Positions 21,501-30,625 of a DNA stretch of 64,000 nucleotides are shown here, one piece after another. The notes beneath the pieces are model-generated. The model had not been told where the DNA came from. It ran no database searches and worked only from the letters and a program-made list of their open reading frames with translations. Within the stretch, counting starts at the first letter, position 1; the number at the start of each line of letters is the position of its first letter. A program made the position numbers and the translations under genes. This stretch comes from an uncultured cyanobacterium (GTDB lineage Bacteria > Cyanobacteriota > Cyanobacteriia > Cyanobacteriales > CAWUOF01): contig CAVUSO010000001.1 of the NCBI GenBank assembly GCA_963744145.1, forward strand, positions 1-64,000, read 5' to 3'.

Positions 21501-22562
21501 AAAGGAGAAAAAGAAATAGAGAAATTAGCCAAGGCTTTTATAAACGAAATAAGTGGTTCCAGTGGCCCCTATGACGCTAATCTTCTATATAACATTAAAA
21601 CTGCTAACCAACTAAGTGAAGCAATCCTCAAACCAGTAGCAGCAAAATTAGGTAATAAACGTCTACTCATTGTTGGAGATGGAGTCTTACAAACTATCCC
21701 ATTTAGCGTCTTAGCGACACCAGGAAAAACCCAATATACGCCCTTACTGCTAGACCATGAAATAGTCATGTCCCCATCCGCATCTACCATCTCTATTATC
21801 AGAAGCGATCGCGCCACCCACCAAATAGCATCAAAACTATTAGCGATGTTTGCCGATCCTGTATTTAATAACAATAATGATCAACGTTTTGGTAATACTC
21901 CATCGAGCCATACAGCAGAAAATAATCAAGACAGAGGTAGAACAGGGGAATTAGAGAGAGCTATAAGAGATATTGGAGGAAACTTAAAACGATTACCTTA
22001 TACCAGAACAGAAGCTGATAGCATTATGGCCATATTGGATAGTAAAGACCAGGGGCAAGAATTATTAGATTTTAGTGCTAATCTTAATGCTGTTAATAGT
22101 CCCACGCTCAACCAATATCAAATTGTCCATTTCGCTACTCACGGTATTATTGATAATGAACATCCAGAATTATCAGGAATTGTTTTATCTCTGTATGATC
22201 AGCAAGGAAATCCTCAAAACGGCTATTTACGATTGAATGAGATATTTAACCTCCAATTAAATGCTGAATTAGTAGTCTTAAGTGCTTGTAAGACAGGATT
22301 AGGAACAGAAGTAAAAGGAGAAGGATTAGTCGGATTAACTAGGGGATTTATGTATGCGGGATCTCCAAGGGTTTTAGTATCACTATGGAGTGTAGAAGAT
22401 AAAGCTACGGCGGAACTAATGAAGAAATTTTACCAAAAGATGCTGCAAGAAAAACTAACCCCAGCAGCAGCTTTGAAAGCCGCACAATTTGATATGTGGA
22501 ACGAGAAAAAATATACCCCCTATCATTGGGCGGCTTTTACTATGCAAGGTGAATGGCGATAA
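18597..22562 (+). CDS. Signal-peptide TPR-CHAT protease (paralog 4), 16-unit TPR array, intact
   Basis: Leader ending AIA|V; 16 TPR units; HFATHG and VVLSAC catalytic motifs. Exact start uncertain (18582, 18597 or 18603). Confidence 0.93.
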   Translation: MVMGLNIYKFNVRACLGALAYGVIWSSPLIIIDRAIAVDGVQRAIPLGRRDMIAQQPSSPNIDKANADRLFEEGLQLYKQQTIESLKEAIKKWEEAGKIYHDLGDRSGEANTLNNIGLVYNSWGEKQKALDFYNQSLPLSRAVGDRSGEANTLNNIGNVYNDLGEKQKALDFYNQSLPLKRAVGDRSGEANTLGNIGNVYNSWGEKQKALDFYNQSLPLKRAVGDRSGEAKTLNNIGNVYNSWGEKQKALDFYNQSLPLFRAVGDRSGEANTLIGIGNVYNSWGEKQKALDFYNQSLPLSRAVGDRSGEANTLIGIGLVYNDLGEKQKALDFYNQSLPLFRAVGDRSGEANTLIGIGNVYNSWGEKQKALDFYNQSLPLSRAVGDRSGEANTLNNIGIVYNDLGEKQKALDFYNQSLPLSRAVGDRSVEAKTLNNIGNVYNDLGEKQKALDFYNQSLPLFWAVGDRSGEASTLIGIGNVYNSWGEKQKALDFYNQSLPLSRAVGDRSGEASTLIGIGLVYNDLGEKQKALDFYNQSLPLSRAVGDRSGEANTLNNIGLVYNDLGEKQKALDFYNQSLPLSRAVGDRSGEANTLNNIGLVYDDLGEKQKALDFYNQSLPLSRAVGDRSGEANTLIGIGNVYNSWGEKQKALDFYNQSLPLSRAVGDRSGEASTLGNIGNVYSDLGEKQKALDFYNQSLPLSRAVGDRSGEASTLNNIGSVYSDLGEKQKALDFYNQSLPLSRAVGDRTGEAITLFNQAQLKRSQGNLQESRSDIENAVHIIEDLRTKIASPDSRISYFATVQDYYKFYIDLLMQLHKQHPSQGFDAQALEASDRSRARGLIELLTEAKAKITTGVDPKLLEQEQNIQFKIDAFEKNRLKILNGNPTQEQKDELQQQEEKLLEEYKNNLDEIRTNSPSYASLKYPQPLTLAEIQQNVLDDNTLLLQYSLGSDRSYIWAVTKTEITSYELSKGEKEIEKLAKAFINEISGSSGPYDANLLYNIKTANQLSEAILKPVAAKLGNKRLLIVGDGVLQTIPFSVLATPGKTQYTPLLLDHEIVMSPSASTISIIRSDRATHQIASKLLAMFADPVFNNNNDQRFGNTPSSHTAENNQDRGRTGELERAIRDIGGNLKRLPYTRTEADSIMAILDSKDQGQELLDFSANLNAVNSPTLNQYQIVHFATHGIIDNEHPELSGIVLSLYDQQGNPQNGYLRLNEIFNLQLNAELVVLSACKTGLGTEVKGEGLVGLTRGFMYAGSPRVLVSLWSVEDKATAELMKKFYQKMLQEKLTPAAALKAAQFDMWNEKKYTPYHWAAFTMQGEWR
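18905..20850 (+). repeat. Coding tandem array of 120-bp TPR units (family B), 16 full units
   Basis: Invariant gaaaagcagaaagccttagacttctacaatcagtctttgcccctc every 120 bp. Confidence 0.98.
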
Positions 22563-22727
22563 GGTGATGTTTTTAAGTTTTTCTCAGGTTGCGCTCCAAT
22601 CGAGGAGACTAATTAATTGGAAAATGCGATCAACTTTAATTTCTTTCCTGGCGATCGCCTTATTTAACTTGGAAACGCGATCGCCAGGGACTAGGATACT
22701 AATTCGTGCCAAGATAGGATAAGGAGC

Positions 22728-22923
22728 AGTCTTTAATAATATGTCGATGATTTTGATGTAATCTATGGCTTTTTGTACCACACTTAGAGCAGATCCCAAA
22801 TGGCTTTTCTGATTCGAGTTGTAAAATTATTCCAATCTCAGAATGAAAACGATATGATTTAACTTTTAGATCGGCTAAATCAAGAATCTCTGTTAATACT
22901 TTAACATCTCTTTTACCAGGCAT
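22728..22923 (-). mobile_element. ISL3-family transposase N-terminal remnant
   Basis: LTEILDL...CSKCGTKSHRLHQNHRHIIKD zinc-finger motif; shorter remnant at 12010-12062. Confidence 0.7.
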
Positions 22924-23365
22924 AACTCTAAATTCCTCCAAAAATACTCGCTCGCTTGGATTTATATTTAACAATAAATATTGTTTCTATGTTAATGGTT
23001 ACAGCACTTTCAGTTACTTTTTGATATATTTGTTAATATTGTTTAATAAATTTGACTAATAGTTTAGCATAACATACACCGAAGAGCCTTAATTTTTTCT
23101 TAGATTGTAACCCTAAACGCGACCAAGATGGTCCCATTACAAAGTCTTGCTAGATCATCGTCTCAATTTTTGAATTGGGTTTTCCGATTTTCGGTAAAAG
23201 CATTTCCAAAAATAGTAGGTCATCTTTCCCCAAATGCTATTGAACCGATTAAGTTGAAATTTTAAGATGTTTAACAAGAAGAAAACCGTTAAGTAATTAA
23301 CAAGTTTCTTTACTCATGTAGTAACAACTCTGATGTAATTTTCACCCAAAACTGAGGTATCAATC

Positions 23366-23701
23366 ATGAAATTATTTCCCTCTAAATCAACCATTTTTCT
23401 ACTTCTATTAGGTTCTCTTAGCAGTTCCGTTTTTAGTCTTCCAGCTCATGCTAATGAGGTTAGTTCATTTCCCGATGGCTTTCGTCCGATTCATCATCAA
23501 GAGGATGCGATCGCGATCAGAAAGCCGAAATTTCTAGGTCAAAACCGGACTCATGAGCTAAGGGATGGAGTCAAAAATCCCAACCATTACAGACCAATCG
23601 GTCAGCGTGTAGAACATCAAGAAGTCAAAAATCGCGACCATTATAACCCTATCCGTCGGCGCGTAGAACATCAAGATGGTAATTGGGGTTTCCGACGTTA
23701 G
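23366..23701 (+). CDS. Small secreted protein with two 18-aa repeats (copy 2)
   Basis: Paralog of 12500..12838. Confidence 0.75.
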   Translation: MKLFPSKSTIFLLLLGSLSSSVFSLPAHANEVSSFPDGFRPIHHQEDAIAIRKPKFLGQNRTHELRDGVKNPNHYRPIGQRVEHQEVKNRDHYNPIRRRVEHQDGNWGFRR

Positions 23702-23880
23702 GATTAATCTGACTTCCATATCCATGTAATTCTCCCAGTTATTGCCCGACGCTTTAATTGTTAATTCCATTGATTAGGATTTTTTGAGAGACGCGATCGC
23801 ACTTCTTGGTTCCTCCCACTATTTTGAACATAGCGATCGCAACTCTTTTCTAAAACATTATCAACAACAGGTCGTAAAAC

Positions 23881-24270
23881 ATGATGACTCAAGCTAAGTT
23901 ATTACAATTTCGATTTAGTCAACTAATTCTGATGGTATTAGTCGTTATGCCAATGGTGACATTATCTGCTCAGAAAACCCTAGCTATACCATTAGACCAA
24001 TACCTTCGTAAGGCATTAGATGGGATGCTTGGGCCGGAACCTAATCCTGACCCCCCAACAAATGTTCCTGCTTCACAACCCCCTGGTCAATACCCTACTT
24101 CTCCAAATAATTCATTACCACCTTATACATATCCTCCAAATTATCCACAACCTTATTATCCAGTTCCAAAACCTTATTATCCAGGTTATCAACAATGGAA
24201 TAACCGACCACATTATTACCTTTACCCTTCTATCCATTATCATTACCCAGTTTATCCAAGGCGTTGGTAA
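23881..24270 (+). CDS. Pro/Tyr-rich secreted protein (copy 2)
   Basis: Paralog of 13018..13428 with one fewer 21-bp repeat. Confidence 0.7.
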   Translation: MMTQAKLLQFRFSQLILMVLVVMPMVTLSAQKTLAIPLDQYLRKALDGMLGPEPNPDPPTNVPASQPPGQYPTSPNNSLPPYTYPPNYPQPYYPVPKPYYPGYQQWNNRPHYYLYPSIHYHYPVYPRRW

Positions 24271-24514
24271 ATCAGGTTCTGAAAATGACTCATCCAAAAA
24301 TTTAGTATCTTGAAGGAAAATAGTTGATATAATTTGCCTAAAAACGCTATTTATCCCATCAATTCCCCACACTTATACAGCTCGGTGCTGATCGCGATCG
24401 GCACCGCTAAAATTAGCAATTTTAGTTATTTTAGTCGCGGGTAACACCCTCGCACAAGAACCTCCAGATCACGATTTTTCTGCCTTCTTTGGGGCAATGA
24501 GCAGAATTTAGTGA

Positions 24515-24757
24515 TACCAATTCACCATGAAGATACATTGATAAGATTGATCTGTGGGTGAGGGTGGGTTTTGATGATTAGTAGGTAAATGTCAAACATC
24601 TCGGTGAACCCACCCCTACAGAAATCCGCAAATTGAGGATAAAATTGGTAGGGGCAGGTTCACCAGTCAATTTTGCCACCAACAGATCACCATTATAAAC
24701 CTGCCCTGACCTAACAGATCAACCTCAGATTAAGTGCAATTTCATAGTTAATTAGTA
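24515..24757. mobile_element. 243-bp MITE with internal REP-like pairs
   Basis: Absent from copy 1 (empty site ttagtgaccc near 13668); ends taccaatt...aattagta; 3-bp TGA duplication. Confidence 0.88.
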
Positions 24758-24879
24758 TGACCCTCAATATAGACTATAATGGAGACCTTTTCCAGATTTT
24801 GGAAATCAATTTACCGGAAAAGGTAAAGCCAAAGCTAGTTCTGATCCGATATTATCTATTTTTAGGCTAAGAGGAAATT

Positions 24880-25221
24880 ATGATGAGTGAAAATTTAACG
24901 GAATGGTTTGCGATCGCTGGTAAAGAGCTTCCTACCGCAGATATGGAGAGATCAGTAAAAATAGCAATTGATGGGGGGATTCATACTCCTAAAGAAATGA
25001 AATTGAGATTAGAATTAAAGCCAGAATGGCTTTCAGTTCTGCAATTGGCTAGTGAAGAAGCATTAACAGATAAGGGCATAGCTGAAAAAATTAATGTATG
25101 TGAGAAAACTGTGCGTAATTATTAGAATCATCTTTATAATGCTTTGCAAATTTACGATGAAAACAATAAGAATATTCGAGTTCAAAGCATAAATATGGCG
25201 CGAAAATGTGGAATTCTTTAA
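24880..25221 (+). pseudogene. LuxR-type HTH regulator, copy 2, nonsense TAG at 25123-25125
   Basis: TGG in copy 1 is TAG here; the frame continues to the homologous stop. Confidence 0.85.
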
Positions 25222-25231
25222 GAAAGTTTAA

Positions 25232-27175
25232 ATGGATTTTATCATGTCAATGAAAGAAAAATTACTCAAAGTTTTGCTCATGTCAATGAAAGTAAATTAC
25301 TCAAAGATTTTATTAGGAACGCTAGTTATTGGAATCCTAACTACAGGTCGTCTAAGTGGAATGTTTCAGTTGTTTGAATGGATGGCTTTTGATAATTTCC
25401 TGCGGATGCGTCCAGCAGAACCTGTTGATAACCGGATTGTGATTATTGGTATTAATGAAGACGATATTCATCGTTTTAAATATCCAATTCCAGATCAAGC
25501 TTTAGCTAAATTATTAATAACTTTACAGGGATATAATCCCGCTGCTATTGGTCTTGATTTAGTTCGGGATTTACCGATTGAGCCAGGACATCAAGATTTA
25601 ATAAAAGCTTTTAAAATTGAAAATTTGATCGGGATAAAAAAAGTTTTACTAGAACCAGGTGATCCGGAAAATGTCATAATTAACCCACCACCAGAACTTC
25701 CTTCTAAGCAAGTAGGGTTTATTGATACATTACTTGATGATGATGGTAATGTGAGACGTTATCTTTTGAGTGAAATGCAACCGGGTAAAGAATTTAATAT
25801 GTCCTTTGCTATTCGTTTGGCAGAAAAATATTTATCGACCAAGGGATATTCCTTAGAAAATAACTCAACTGATAAATGGACTATGCAGTTTGTCTCTAAA
25901 AATCCCGATCGCTCCATTGAATTAACCCGTTTTCGTTCTCATAGTGGAGGATATGTAAGCGCTGATGATAGGGGAAACCAAATTCTGCTTAATTTTAGAA
26001 GTAGTCCTTTTCGGATTATATCTATGAATGATATCGAAACTGGTAAAGTAACCAGAAATGATATCGAAGGGCGTATTATCCTTATAGGGATGAAAACTCA
26101 TAGTGCTAAAGATTTAGTCAATGCTGCCGCGATCGCTAATAGTAATAGAGGGCAAGTTTTTGGGATAGAATTTCAAGCTCATGCAATTAGTCAAATTATT
26201 AGTGCAGTGCTAGATGATCGACCTTTAATCAAAGGTTTACCAGAGTTTTTAGTATATGTATATATAGTAATTTTGGGAATAGTTGGTATCTATTTAGGTT
26301 CACTTAATAAATTACCGTTGCAGATTTTGCTCATTAACATCATTGTCAACATCGTTTTGATCGGAGTAGGTTATGGATTTATCCTAATGGGTTGGTGGAT
26401 TCCAGTTGTACCTTCTTGTTCAAGTCTAACCCTAACTACCATTACTCTATTGTTTTATCGATATGAGCAATATCTGAAAACACAAATTAATGAACGGGAT
26501 CAAATTATTGATGAAGTATATTCAATGATTCATAATGGACCATTGGCAAATACTAATCTAATTTTAAGTGAATTTCAAGTTGATACCTCATCCAATCACC
26601 AGTTATTAGCAAAGCTGAAAGAGTTAAGACAACAACTGAAGGAAATTCGTCAAAGAATGCGAAAGGAACTTCTAGATCAAGGAGTTAGTCTATATGTTCA
26701 GGATTTAATGATCAGTGTGGTAGAAGAACCTCTCCATGAAATCCTTTATCAAGTGTATTTGAAGACGATTTCTCTGGATTTTCCCTGTTTTACTAATATT
26801 TACATGGTGCCAACTTTTGAGCAGCTAGATACTTCGTCTTTAAATGATGTACAAAAGAAAGAAATTTGTAGATTTTTGGAAGCAGCATTATTCAATGTGG
26901 GGATGCACGCTCAAGAAGCAAATAAACTGGAGGTAACCTGTAAACAAGAGCAAGGAATAAACGTTATTCGGATTGTTGATAATGGTAAAGGTATGGATTT
27001 ATCTAAATCGGAAGGATGGGGGACAGCCCAGGCTGAAAAATTAGCAAAGTCTTTAGGTGGTAAATTTTCTAATTACACCAATCAGACTGCTCACTACACT
27101 ATTTGTGAGTTAACTTGGTCTAGCAAAAAAACTAACCTCTGGAAATTAATGGGTCGGTTTATAAAATCAAACTAA
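25232..27175 (+). CDS. CHASE2-domain sensor histidine kinase (copy 2)
   Basis: Paralog of 14159..16162 with the same motifs. Confidence 0.9.
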   Translation: MDFIMSMKEKLLKVLLMSMKVNYSKILLGTLVIGILTTGRLSGMFQLFEWMAFDNFLRMRPAEPVDNRIVIIGINEDDIHRFKYPIPDQALAKLLITLQGYNPAAIGLDLVRDLPIEPGHQDLIKAFKIENLIGIKKVLLEPGDPENVIINPPPELPSKQVGFIDTLLDDDGNVRRYLLSEMQPGKEFNMSFAIRLAEKYLSTKGYSLENNSTDKWTMQFVSKNPDRSIELTRFRSHSGGYVSADDRGNQILLNFRSSPFRIISMNDIETGKVTRNDIEGRIILIGMKTHSAKDLVNAAAIANSNRGQVFGIEFQAHAISQIISAVLDDRPLIKGLPEFLVYVYIVILGIVGIYLGSLNKLPLQILLINIIVNIVLIGVGYGFILMGWWIPVVPSCSSLTLTTITLLFYRYEQYLKTQINERDQIIDEVYSMIHNGPLANTNLILSEFQVDTSSNHQLLAKLKELRQQLKEIRQRMRKELLDQGVSLYVQDLMISVVEEPLHEILYQVYLKTISLDFPCFTNIYMVPTFEQLDTSSLNDVQKKEICRFLEAALFNVGMHAQEANKLEVTCKQEQGINVIRIVDNGKGMDLSKSEGWGTAQAEKLAKSLGGKFSNYTNQTAHYTICELTWSSKKTNLWKLMGRFIKSN

Positions 27176-27297
27176 TAAACCGTAAAGATACCCTTGACAA
27201 AAAGAATAAAAGATATTTAACCTAGATTAGAGATAAAACATTGGATTAAAAAGTTTTCTTGGGCTATAATTTGTAACTGTAAATAATGAGTAGGAGT

Positions 27298-27527
27298 TTC
27301 AGCAAGTTTGACAGATGGGAGATTAATTGAATCCCAAGATGTGGAAATTGGAGAAAATGGCCGCCGCAGGGGCGTATTGCAATACGCCCGTACACATAAG
27401 GGTGTGACTCCAAATCGTCGAATTGCGATTGAAGATCCCGCCATGCGACATGGGCGAAAAAGCCGTTCCCAAAAATTTAATGGTTATAAACGCCACATTC
27501 TTAAAGACTTAAATTTAGGTATGATTA
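27298..27527 (+). mobile_element. IS1182-like transposase internal fragment
   Basis: QDVE...KGV..NRRIAIEDPAMRHGRKSRSQKFNGYKRHILKDL resembles cyanobacterial IS1182-family transposases. Confidence 0.65.
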
Positions 27528-27815
27528 TACCAATTAACTATGAAATTGCACTTAATCTGAGGTTGATCTGTTAGGCCAGGGCAGGTTTATAATGGTGATC
27601 TGTTGGTGGCAAAATTGACTGGTGAACCTGCCCCTACAAATCCCGGTTGATTGTGATCATAAATTCATTCACCTGCCCCTACAAATCCTGTTAATCTTGT
27701 CATCCTCTAATCCTGATCGATTTTTTGGTGAATCTCTGTAGGGGCGGGTTCACCGATGAACTTGCTACACACAAATAACCTTAATGAACCCGCCCTGCCC
27801 CACAGATCAACTTGA
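27528..27815. mobile_element. MITE-family copy with extra REP-like units and a different right end
   Basis: Starts taccaattaactatgaaattgcacttaatc like the other copies; several acctgcccctaca and gtaggggcgggttcacc motifs. Confidence 0.75.
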
Positions 27816-27821
27816 TGAACT

Positions 27822-27887
27822 TCATAAACCTGGAATAGGCTGTAAATCATCATAGGGAAAAGGCGCAAGAACAATTTTAGCCTTCAT
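27822..27887 (-). pseudogene. PemK/MazF toxin N-terminal remnant
   Basis: MKAKIVLAPFPYDDL overlaps the stop of the upstream antitoxin-like gene and is truncated next to the MITE. Confidence 0.65.
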
Positions 27888-28278
27888 CCTTAAATGGTTT
27901 ACCATCATCTAGAGTGTAAATATCTTCTTCCGGGTCAAAGATCGAAACGAAATTAACATCTGAACAAGCTGCACTACTCAATTCTGTGTCATGGAAAAGC
28001 CGACCATCAGCTAAAGTATAGATGTCTTCTTCTGGATCTTTAAGAAAATCAAATACAGGGTTTCTAACTACAGTCTTCAGCCATTCATATTCTTCTATTT
28101 CTACTTTTTTCAATAAAGTATTTTCTAGTATTTCCAGTTGTTTCAGATCGGAATAGGTAATAATAGCTGCTATTTCTTTACCTTCTTGCTGAATCACAAT
28201 TCGCTCTCCTGTTTCTGCTACTCTGCTAATCAGGCTTGATAAATTTTCACGCTCTACATTTTCCTGAATTTGTGTCAC
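27877..28278 (-). CDS. Phd/YefM-like antitoxin with duplicated DPEEDIYTL.DG motif
   Basis: RENLSSLISRVAETGERIVIQQEGKEIAAII. Confidence 0.7.
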   Translation of the reverse strand: MTQIQENVERENLSSLISRVAETGERIVIQQEGKEIAAIITYSDLKQLEILENTLLKKVEIEEYEWLKTVVRNPVFDFLKDPEEDIYTLADGRLFHDTELSSAACSDVNFVSIFDPEEDIYTLDDGKPFKDEG

Positions 28279-28682
28279 ATCATTCTCCCTTTTTGTTAAA
28301 TAGGAATATTGCTCATGGCTGTCTTTAGTAAATCACTATTTTATCATCTTTTCTAAAACTACGCGATCGCTATTTCAACAACTATAACAGTATCTCACTT
28401 TTACTATATGTTAGTAATGGTTGAGTTTCGCTGATGTTGACGAAGAAAGGAACAACGCGATCGGGATTGTTTTCCGCAAAATCGAAGAATGACTGAATTT
28501 GTTCTCCTACATTCCTAAAGCGATCGGGTAGATCGGCTCCATCTGGGATGTTTGAAAGGTTACTCATGGGATTAAGTGAGATAGACGGCATCACATGGAT
28601 AAAATCCTACGCCTTAAAGTCTAGCTAGCCACAGAAAATTTTGCAACCCCAAAATGGGATTGACTGAATATTCTATCATTTA

Positions 28683-28927
28683 TACCAATAACCCATGAAA
28701 TTGCACTTAATCTGAGGTTGATCTGTTAGCTATGGGCAGGTTTATCATAGTGATCTGTTTGTTACAGAATTGATTGGTGAACCTGTCCCTACCAATTTTA
28801 TCCTCAATTTGCAGATTTCTGGTTGAGTGGATTCACCGAGATTTTTGAGACTTACCTACTAATCATCACGCACCCACCCTCACCCACAGATCAATTTTAT
28901 TAATGTATCTTCAAGCATGAATTGGTA
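28683..28927. mobile_element. 245-bp MITE, inverted relative to 24515..24757
   Basis: Ends taccaat...attggta; TTA on both flanks; reverse complement of the first copy. Confidence 0.88.
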
Positions 28928-29069
28928 TTACCATACAAAAATGCTAGCTTTGGGGTCAGCTTTGTCGAACTATGCTCCCCAGAATTGAGCAAATTCTAGC
29001 AATTGGTGCATTCACTATCGAAGAGATAGAAACTTTTTAACTAACCTATCAGATCAAGTAAAAACAATC

Positions 29070-29435
29070 ATGATTTCCTTTTACCAACGCCTACAAAAAA
29101 TTAAAGAAAAACCAGGACTCTATATCGGTTATCCCTCTGTCTCTGACTTATTTATCTTCCTCTGCGGTTACAGACGTGCTTGCCAGGATATGGGATTGAC
29201 CTTAAGCGATGAAGAACGAGAATTCCATGAATTTCAGCCTTGGTTACAGAAAAGATTTCGTCTGAGTACCTCCGCTTCTTGGGCAAAAATTATCCTCCTC
29301 TATTCTAGTGATGAACCCCATGCTTTTCAAATGTTTTTTGAGTTATTTGAAGAATTTTTGAACTCCCGTTCTCAACTGGAGAAAATCGAAGAAAAGTCAG
29401 AGAAAAAGCAAATTGTTAAAACTTCTTTTTTATAA
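29070..29435 (+). CDS. Hypothetical protein
   Basis: 121-aa ORF with normal composition (KIKEKPGLYIG...FLCGY...FQPWLQKRF). Confidence 0.7.
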   Translation: MISFYQRLQKIKEKPGLYIGYPSVSDLFIFLCGYRRACQDMGLTLSDEEREFHEFQPWLQKRFRLSTSASWAKIILLYSSDEPHAFQMFFELFEEFLNSRSQLEKIEEKSEKKQIVKTSFL

Positions 29436-29488
29436 CTCATAGGTCAAATAGTCTATGCTAACTGCTCGCTGAGAATTTTCAAGTTATA

Positions 29489-30454
29489 ATGACTATGACA
29501 TCAGCCATCTCTGAACTCATGTTTCCCTTTCCTTATCCAGTTCCCCAACAAGATCCTCCGGCTCCCCCGCGAGAAACGCTCCCCACCATGTATGATCTAC
29601 CTAGTGAAAACCCGGAGGAACCTGGTTTGCCCGATGAATTTCATGATTGGCAACCTCAATTTTTAAGTCAGACTTTTCGCCCGACTAAATACCCCAGTTC
29701 CCAAGTATTTAGTGCCAGCGATATGAATCTTTACTATGATGTGCGTCATCCCCTCTGGTACAAACGACCCGATTGGTTTGGAGTAGTGGGTGTATCGCGC
29801 TTTTATGATGAAGTTGATTTGCGTCTTTCTTATGTAGTGTGGCAAGAAGGAGTCAATCCCTTAGTCGTGGTGGAATTACTCTCACCAGGAACAGAACAGG
29901 AAGATTTAGGTGAGGGCAATTTAGAGCAATTGTCTCGGAAAGATGAATTGGGAGCAGGGAATGGCTTGAACATAGACAGAAAACCGAAACCACCGAGGAA
30001 GTGGGAAGTGTATGAGCAAATCTTACGCATTCCTTACTATTTTGCATTCAGCCGTTATACCAATGAACTGAGAGCATTTCGATTAATTGGGGGACATTAT
30101 CAGGAATGGGAGCTAGAAGCCCAGGGTGGATGGATTGAGGAATTAGGGTTAGGATTAGGTGGATGGCAAGGTGAGTATCAAGGGTTAGAGCGATTATGGC
30201 TACGCTGGTATGATGAAAATGGTAATTGGATTCTGACGGAAACTGAACAAGAACGTATCAGGGCCGAACAAGAACAACAGCGTGCTGAACAAGAACAGCA
30301 GCGTGCTGAACAAGAACGTCTGAGGGCTGAACAAGAACAACAACGGGCCGAACAAGAACGTCTGAGGGCCGAACAAGCCGAATCAAAGTTAGCCGAGTTG
30401 CTTCAACGATTGCAGGAGTCAGGAATTGATCCTAATCAGTTTTTGCCTGGTTAG
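29489..30454 (+). CDS. Uma2 family endonuclease with a repetitive coiled-coil tail
   Basis: LPTMYDLPSENPEEPGLPDEFH, KRPDWF, VVELLSPGT; 21-bp RAEQE repeats at about 30240-30380. Confidence 0.9.
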   Translation: MTMTSAISELMFPFPYPVPQQDPPAPPRETLPTMYDLPSENPEEPGLPDEFHDWQPQFLSQTFRPTKYPSSQVFSASDMNLYYDVRHPLWYKRPDWFGVVGVSRFYDEVDLRLSYVVWQEGVNPLVVVELLSPGTEQEDLGEGNLEQLSRKDELGAGNGLNIDRKPKPPRKWEVYEQILRIPYYFAFSRYTNELRAFRLIGGHYQEWELEAQGGWIEELGLGLGGWQGEYQGLERLWLRWYDENGNWILTETEQERIRAEQEQQRAEQEQQRAEQERLRAEQEQQRAEQERLRAEQAESKLAELLQRLQESGIDPNQFLPG

Positions 30455-30625
30455 TTGATCTGGTCTAACAATCAGTAATTTTGAGGCGATCGCCATTTTC
30501 TCGCTCTTGATGCGATCGACCGAAATTAACGTTTCGCCTTCTTGATTTGATGGTTAGAAATCATCAACTTGGTTTTCTATTAGTCTTCCCAACGAGTATT
30601 GGCTCTTCGGTACTTGTTAGGTGCT

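Larger units (their letters stand above)
22873..27297 (+). repeat. Segmental duplication, copy 2
   Basis: Matches 12010..16234 plus a MITE insertion; ends at the DUF928 ribosome site. Confidence 0.95.

Noticed and set aside
1-22562. Diversity-generating retroelement behind the TPR variation
   Set aside because: No reverse transcriptase or template repeat in the window. The changes are recurring codon-level alleles, not adenine-specific random substitutions.
12010-27297. Segmental duplication as a pure assembly artefact
   Set aside because: The copies differ by many codon-level substitutions, in-frame indels and a MITE with a target duplication, so they are distinct sequences. Joining of two strain haplotypes still needs read-level exclusion.
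28382-28594. 70-aa minus-strand ORF
   Set aside because: No recognisable motif and lies between mobile remnants; cannot be supported as a gene.
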